From Archangiaceae bacterium (GTDB taxonomy: Bacteria > Myxococcota > Myxococcia > Myxococcales > Myxococcaceae): a stretch of 11,981 nucleotides of DNA. The position numbers and the translations under genes are program-made. The notes below the pieces were generated by a model. That model ran no database searches. It saw only the letters and a list, made by a program, of their open reading frames with translations, and was not told where the DNA came from. Position 1 is the stretch's first letter; every line of letters begins with the position of its first letter. Shown one piece after another: positions 8,414 through 11,981 of the stretch. The DNA is taken from NCBI GenBank assembly GCA_043750125.1, contig JAYVCD010000211.1:1-11981 (forward strand). The letters run 5' to 3'.

Positions 8414-9217
8414 ATGTCGAACAAGGACCTCAAAATCGAGCAGCACAGCGCAGTCGAGCTGGCCTCGCTGTACACCTGGAAGCACCGGGCTTTTGAAGTC
8501 GCCAACATCATCCTCTTCTGGGCCTTTACGCTGGGCACGGTGGTGAAGGTGGCGCCCTACGTCAAGGCGAGCCCGTGGTTGACGCTGGCGGCATTTCTGA
8601 CCGGTTTCATCGTCGCCGATTGGGTTTCAGGCTTCGTCCATTGGATGGCAGATACCTGGGGCTCGACCGCAACTCCGCTGGTCGGAAAGGCCCTGATTCG
8701 CCCTTTCCGCGAGCACCACGTCGATCAACGCGCGATCACCCGCCACGACTACATCGAAACCAACGGCAACAACTGCGCGATCTCGGTGCCGTGGGCGCTG
8801 GGCTCCTTGCTGACGCCACTCGAGCATGAGTGGCATCACCTGGCGTTGTTCATGGTGGTCTCGATCACCTCGATGATCTTCTGGGTGATGATGACGAACC
8901 AGTTTCACAAATGGGCACACGAGACCGATGAAGAGCGTCCGGGCCTGGTGACCTGGCTACAGCGGCTGCATCTGATCTTGCCGCCCGAGCACCACCGCAT
9001 TCACCACACTCGGCCTTTCCTCGACTACTACTGCATTACGACGGGCTGGCTGAATTGGCCTCTGAAGAAGCTCGGGTTCTATCGGAACAGTGAGCGGCTG
9101 ATCACCGCGCTCACCGGAGCCATCCCACGCAAGGACGACATTGGTCTCGAGGCGGCGCTGGTCGTTGCTCCTCTGCCTGAAAAGGCCGAGCCGCGTCCTC
9201 AGCTGAGCGAGAACTAG
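8414..9217 (+). CDS. carF: CarF / TMEM189 (PEDS1, Kua-domain) plasmanylethanolamine desaturase
   Basis: AAGGA Shine-Dalgarno at 8404..8408. About four hydrophobic segments and family His motifs: ADWVSGFVHWMADTWG, FREHH, TRHDYIETNG, TNQFHKWAH, HHRIHH, followed by YCITTGWLN. Confidence 0.92.
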   Translation: MSNKDLKIEQHSAVELASLYTWKHRAFEVANIILFWAFTLGTVVKVAPYVKASPWLTLAAFLTGFIVADWVSGFVHWMADTWGSTATPLVGKALIRPFREHHVDQRAITRHDYIETNGNNCAISVPWALGSLLTPLEHEWHHLALFMVVSITSMIFWVMMTNQFHKWAHETDEERPGLVTWLQRLHLILPPEHHRIHHTRPFLDYYCITTGWLNWPLKKLGFYRNSERLITALTGAIPRKDDIGLEAALVVAPLPEKAEPRPQLSEN

Positions 9218-9223
9218 GGCTTT

Positions 9224-10039
9224 TCAGGAAAATTTCAGATCCACCTGGCGCGCCCCCGAAAGCGGGCGTCCCAGGAAGCGCGCCCCCACCTCGACAAAGC
9301 GGTCAGGGACGTCGGTGACGAAAAAATGCCGCTCGACCGATGACAGACCCACCTTGAGCAGGTCTTTTTCGGCGAGCAGTTGGGCCACCCGCTCGGCCGT
9401 CGCGTGCGCAGAATCGACCAACATCACCGAGGGTCCGACGACCTCCGAGATGACCGCGGAAAGAAGCGGGTAGTGGGTGCAGCCCAGCACCAGCGTATCG
9501 ATGCCGCCGGTAACGAACCCAGAGAGGTATTCGCGGGCGACGAGCATTGGAACCTCACCCGTGACCCACCCTTCTTCCGCGAGGGGAACAAAGAGCGGAC
9601 AGGCTTTGGTCGTGACCTCGAGGTCGGCCCGCAAGCCGATCAAGGCCCGCTGATAGGCGCCGGACTTAATGGTTCCGGGGGTTCCGATCACCGCGACCTT
9701 GCCCGTCCTGGTGCTTCCTGCGGCCGCGGCCGCACCGGGCTCGATCACTCCGACGACTGGAATGGGCAGGTGCTCGCGAAGCGCGGGTAGGGCGACGGCC
9801 GAAGCCGTGTTGCAGGCGACGACCAGCAGCTTGATGCCCTGATCGAGCAACAACTCGGCATTTTTCAGTGAGTACCGGGTCACCACTTCACCCGACTTCG
9901 TCCCGTAGGGAACACGGGCGGTGTCGCCCAGGTACACCGTGCTTTCCATCGGGAGTCGCGCGATCAGCGCCTTGAGGACGGTGAGCCCGCCCACTCCCGA
10001 ATCAAAGACTCCGATCGCGCTGTGTCTGTCGTGCCGCAC
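9224..10039 (-). CDS. murI: Glutamate racemase
   Basis: IGVFDSGVGGLTV, YLGDTARVPYG, catalytic VACNTAS and LGCTHYP, LVDSA. GTG start at 10039 (271 aa); the longer ORF to 10432 overlaps the lipoprotein gene. Confidence 0.96.
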   Translation of the reverse strand: MRHDRHSAIGVFDSGVGGLTVLKALIARLPMESTVYLGDTARVPYGTKSGEVVTRYSLKNAELLLDQGIKLLVVACNTASAVALPALREHLPIPVVGVIEPGAAAAAGSTRTGKVAVIGTPGTIKSGAYQRALIGLRADLEVTTKACPLFVPLAEEGWVTGEVPMLVAREYLSGFVTGGIDTLVLGCTHYPLLSAVISEVVGPSVMLVDSAHATAERVAQLLAEKDLLKVGLSSVERHFFVTDVPDRFVEVGARFLGRPLSGARQVDLKFS

Positions 10040-10092
10040 GGTCCGGGTACTACCACGAAGCGTGCCGCTGACTTTGAGGCCGAACGTTTCGG

Positions 10093-11133
10093 TTACTGGG
10101 TGCGGAAGAGCTGCACGTTCACCGCGCTGCTCATGGAAGCAAACTGACCGGCGACTGCAGTCACCGCGGGCGGCGAGGTGTAGTTCGACTCGTACAACCG
10201 ATTTCCGGTACCGGCCGCAATCATTCGCACGCGGTAGGTGCCGGGCTTGAGGAACGGGTACTCGACCCCGGCAGCGGTGCAGGGCTTGGGATCGCCCTGG
10301 CTGCCGTAGACGAGGTTGCCCTGCGCGTCGACGAAGTTGATGTAGATGTCGGTGACACCGGCCTGGGCACAGGTCTGACCTAACGACCCATCGGTGAGGC
10401 TCCACTTCACCGCGACTCCGCCCACTGCCCAAGGAAGGGCGTATTCGGCAGTGACCGGAGCGCCCGCACGCGTGGTCAGCGTGCTGACGCCCCGGTAGTA
10501 GGCGTAGCCGGTGCCGTTCACTGCCGTCAGCTCAATCGTGTGTTGCCCCGCGTTCAAGAAAGGCGTTTGAACGCCGGGGTTGGTATTGAAGCCCAGCGTG
10601 CAGTCGATGGTTCTGGGGGCGGCGCCGTCAATGCTGACCAGGACATTGGCCACCCCCGCGGTGTTGCAATCTGGGTTCGGCGCGCCCTGCATCGCAGGAA
10701 ACTTCCACGTCAAGTAGGCGTAGGAGTTGGGTCCGCCGACGGGCGTAAGATCGATGTCCACCCGAATGCTACCGTTGACGGTGAAGCTGCTGCTTCCGGC
10801 GTAGAGGCGCTCGTTGCCGTAGCCCAGCGCCTCGATGGTGTAGTCGTAGGTCCCGCCCGCGAAGTCCTTGAGCACGATGCCGGGGTAGTCATTGACAAGG
10901 CAGGGGTAGACCCCACCATTGTCGAGCGTCTGTCCGGGGATGGTGATTCGAACGGACTTCACCTCGGGAACCTGATTGCACTGCCTGCCGGCGAAGCTCC
11001 AGGTGAAGGTGAGGTCGCCGGGGCGACGGTCAAACCCTCCGCCTCCGCCGCCGCCGCTGCCTCCGCTGCCGACGTAAAAGCAACCGCTCGAGCCCAACAA
11101 AGCTGCGACAGCCACCACCAAGCGCGCGTTCAT
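10093..11133 (-). CDS. Putative lipoprotein with a Gly-rich linker and three tandem ~100-aa beta-sandwich-like repeats
   Basis: AAGGAG Shine-Dalgarno (11143..11148, minus strand) 9 nt before ATG 11133. Signal peptide MNARLVVAVAALLGSSG|C ends in a lipobox-like Cys, followed by a GSGGSGGGGGGG linker; 346 aa. Confidence 0.85.
   Translation of the reverse strand: MNARLVVAVAALLGSSGCFYVGSGGSGGGGGGGFDRRPGDLTFTWSFAGRQCNQVPEVKSVRITIPGQTLDNGGVYPCLVNDYPGIVLKDFAGGTYDYTIEALGYGNERLYAGSSSFTVNGSIRVDIDLTPVGGPNSYAYLTWKFPAMQGAPNPDCNTAGVANVLVSIDGAAPRTIDCTLGFNTNPGVQTPFLNAGQHTIELTAVNGTGYAYYRGVSTLTTRAGAPVTAEYALPWAVGGVAVKWSLTDGSLGQTCAQAGVTDIYINFVDAQGNLVYGSQGDPKPCTAAGVEYPFLKPGTYRVRMIAAGTGNRLYESNYTSPPAVTAVAGQFASMSSAVNVQLFRTQ
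10096..11022 (-). repeat. Three diverged protein-level tandem repeats inside the lipoprotein (approx. 11022..10732, 10731..10426, 10425..10096)
   Basis: Each unit follows the pattern W, C, V, C, G[IV], [FL]xxGx[YH], A, Y. Trp is at ORF residues 57/155/256 and Cys pairs are at 64+90, 168+190 and 267+297 (numbering of the 358-aa ORF). Confidence 0.75.
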
Positions 11134-11194
11134 GAAAATGTTCTCCTTCGGTCGTTGAAGCATTTTCAAGGGACGTTCCGCATGCGATGAAAAT
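11132..11194. promoter_or_regulatory. Three AT-rich boxes (two direct, one inverted) in the lipoprotein/tolQ divergent region
   Basis: ATGAAAAT at 11132..11139 and 11187..11194, with an inverted CATTTTCA at 11161..11168. The boxes are seen directly; a regulatory role is inferred. Confidence 0.3.
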
Positions 11195-11273
11195 TCAGGT
11201 CAAGACGCCAACCTCTGGATTTCTGAGGGAGATTCTTGCTGCCCCGGCAAAAGGAATGTTAGTTCCATGACAC

Positions 11274-11960
11274 ATGCTGGCTGCAATCAACTACCTCGAG
11301 GTGCTCAAGAGCGCCTCTTTCATCGAGCTGTTTGTCCTCTCAGTGTTGGCCCTGGCTTCCGCCTGGTCGTGGGCCTTGATCGCAATGAAGTCTCTGCAGC
11401 TCAGCCGGGCCCGGTCTCAATCGGTCGGATTTCTGGACGTGTTCTGGAAGGCATCGCGGCTGGACGCGATCTACCAGTCAGCCCAGAAGCTCGAGAATTC
11501 CCCGTTGAGCAAGGTCTTCCGGGCCGGCTACGAGGAACTTTCCAAGCTCGCCCAGCATAAAGACGCAAAAGAGGGCGCGATGGCCGAGCGGTTGGGAGGC
11601 ATTGAAAATGTGGAGCGCGCTTTGAACCGAGCGTCCACCGCTGAGTTGACCGAGCTCGAGGCGCGGGTTTCTTTCCTCGGCACCATCGGAGCCGCTGCGC
11701 CCTTCGTCGGGCTCTTTGGTACGGTGATGGGAATCTTGGGTGCATTCAACGAGATTGCCGAGAAGGGCAATGCGACGATCGCGACAGTAGCGGCACCGAT
11801 TGGTAACGCCTTGCTGGCGACCGCGGCGGGGCTGTTCGCAGCGATCCCGGCGGTGGTTGCGTACAACTCGTTCATCGCGCGGATTCGGGTGTTCGACACC
11901 GAGATGTCGAACTTCTCAGCCGACTTTCTGAACATCGTAAAGAGGCACTTCTTCAAGTGA
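11274..11960 (+). CDS. tolQ: TolQ (MotA/TolQ/ExbB proton channel family; AglX-like)
   Basis: N-terminal TM segment (VLALASAWSWALI), FLDVFW, VFRAGYEE, VERAL, FLGTIGAAAPFVGLFGTVMGI and ALLATAAGLFAAIPAVVAYN; 228 aa. Confidence 0.93.
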   Translation: MLAAINYLEVLKSASFIELFVLSVLALASAWSWALIAMKSLQLSRARSQSVGFLDVFWKASRLDAIYQSAQKLENSPLSKVFRAGYEELSKLAQHKDAKEGAMAERLGGIENVERALNRASTAELTELEARVSFLGTIGAAAPFVGLFGTVMGILGAFNEIAEKGNATIATVAAPIGNALLATAAGLFAAIPAVVAYNSFIARIRVFDTEMSNFSADFLNIVKRHFFK

Positions 11961-11973
11961 GCGGAGCGCCGTA

Positions 11974-11981
11974 GTGGGAAT
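11974..11981 (+). CDS. Possible start of the next gene (TolR/ExbD expected), truncated by the window edge
   Basis: GGAG at 11963..11966, then GTG GGA AT. 7 nt later. Identity is inferred only from the usual tolQ-tolR operon order. Confidence 0.3.

Noticed and set aside
10080..10092. CCGAA-CGT-TTCGG hairpin right after the lipoprotein stop
   Set aside because: Only a 5-bp stem with no following U tract, too weak to call a terminator.
10040..10432. N-terminal extension of the murI ORF suggesting a fusion protein
   Set aside because: Overlaps the lipoprotein gene out of frame. MurI homology begins at IGVFDSG, just after GTG 10039.
11035..11070. (CCG)n-like microsatellite as a possible phase-variation tract
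   Set aside because: An imperfect in-frame triplet run encoding the Gly linker. Length changes would not shift the frame.
1..11981. CRISPR array, IS/transposase, integrase, tRNA/rRNA or anti-phage defence system
   Set aside because: No spaced direct repeats, terminal inverted repeats, recombinase or nuclease motifs, or RNA-gene signatures were seen. Intergenic gaps are at most ~140 bp and composition looks uniform. The MBL and cNMP proteins lack defence-type partner domains.

Overview
A GC-rich (low-to-mid 60s % by eye), densely coding window that reads as core chromosome of a myxobacterium (Myxococcota). I found no mobile element, CRISPR array or RNA gene. Gene order: 5'-truncated SGNH/GDSL hydrolase (+); transketolase, a RomY-like polarity protein and MobA (all -); tandem cNMP-binding protein and M50B-like membrane peptidase (+); MBL-fold hydrolase (-); secreted hypothetical protein, FdhD and a CarF/TMEM189(PEDS1)-type desaturase (+); glutamate racemase MurI and a lipoprotein made of three ~100-aa Cys-pair repeats (-); TolQ (+), with a possible tolR start at the right edge. 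Most genes are known families. The best leads are the CarF plasmalogen desaturase, the RomY-like gene, the uncharacterised triple-repeat lipoprotein divergent from tolQ (with a three-box AT-rich element over its ribosome-binding site), a cNMP protein with a degenerate binding pocket paired with an intramembrane protease, and a GnTAG motif 13-14 nt before four start codons that suggests leaderless transcripts. All family calls come from motifs read by eye; no searches were run, and I cannot claim a demonstrably new system.
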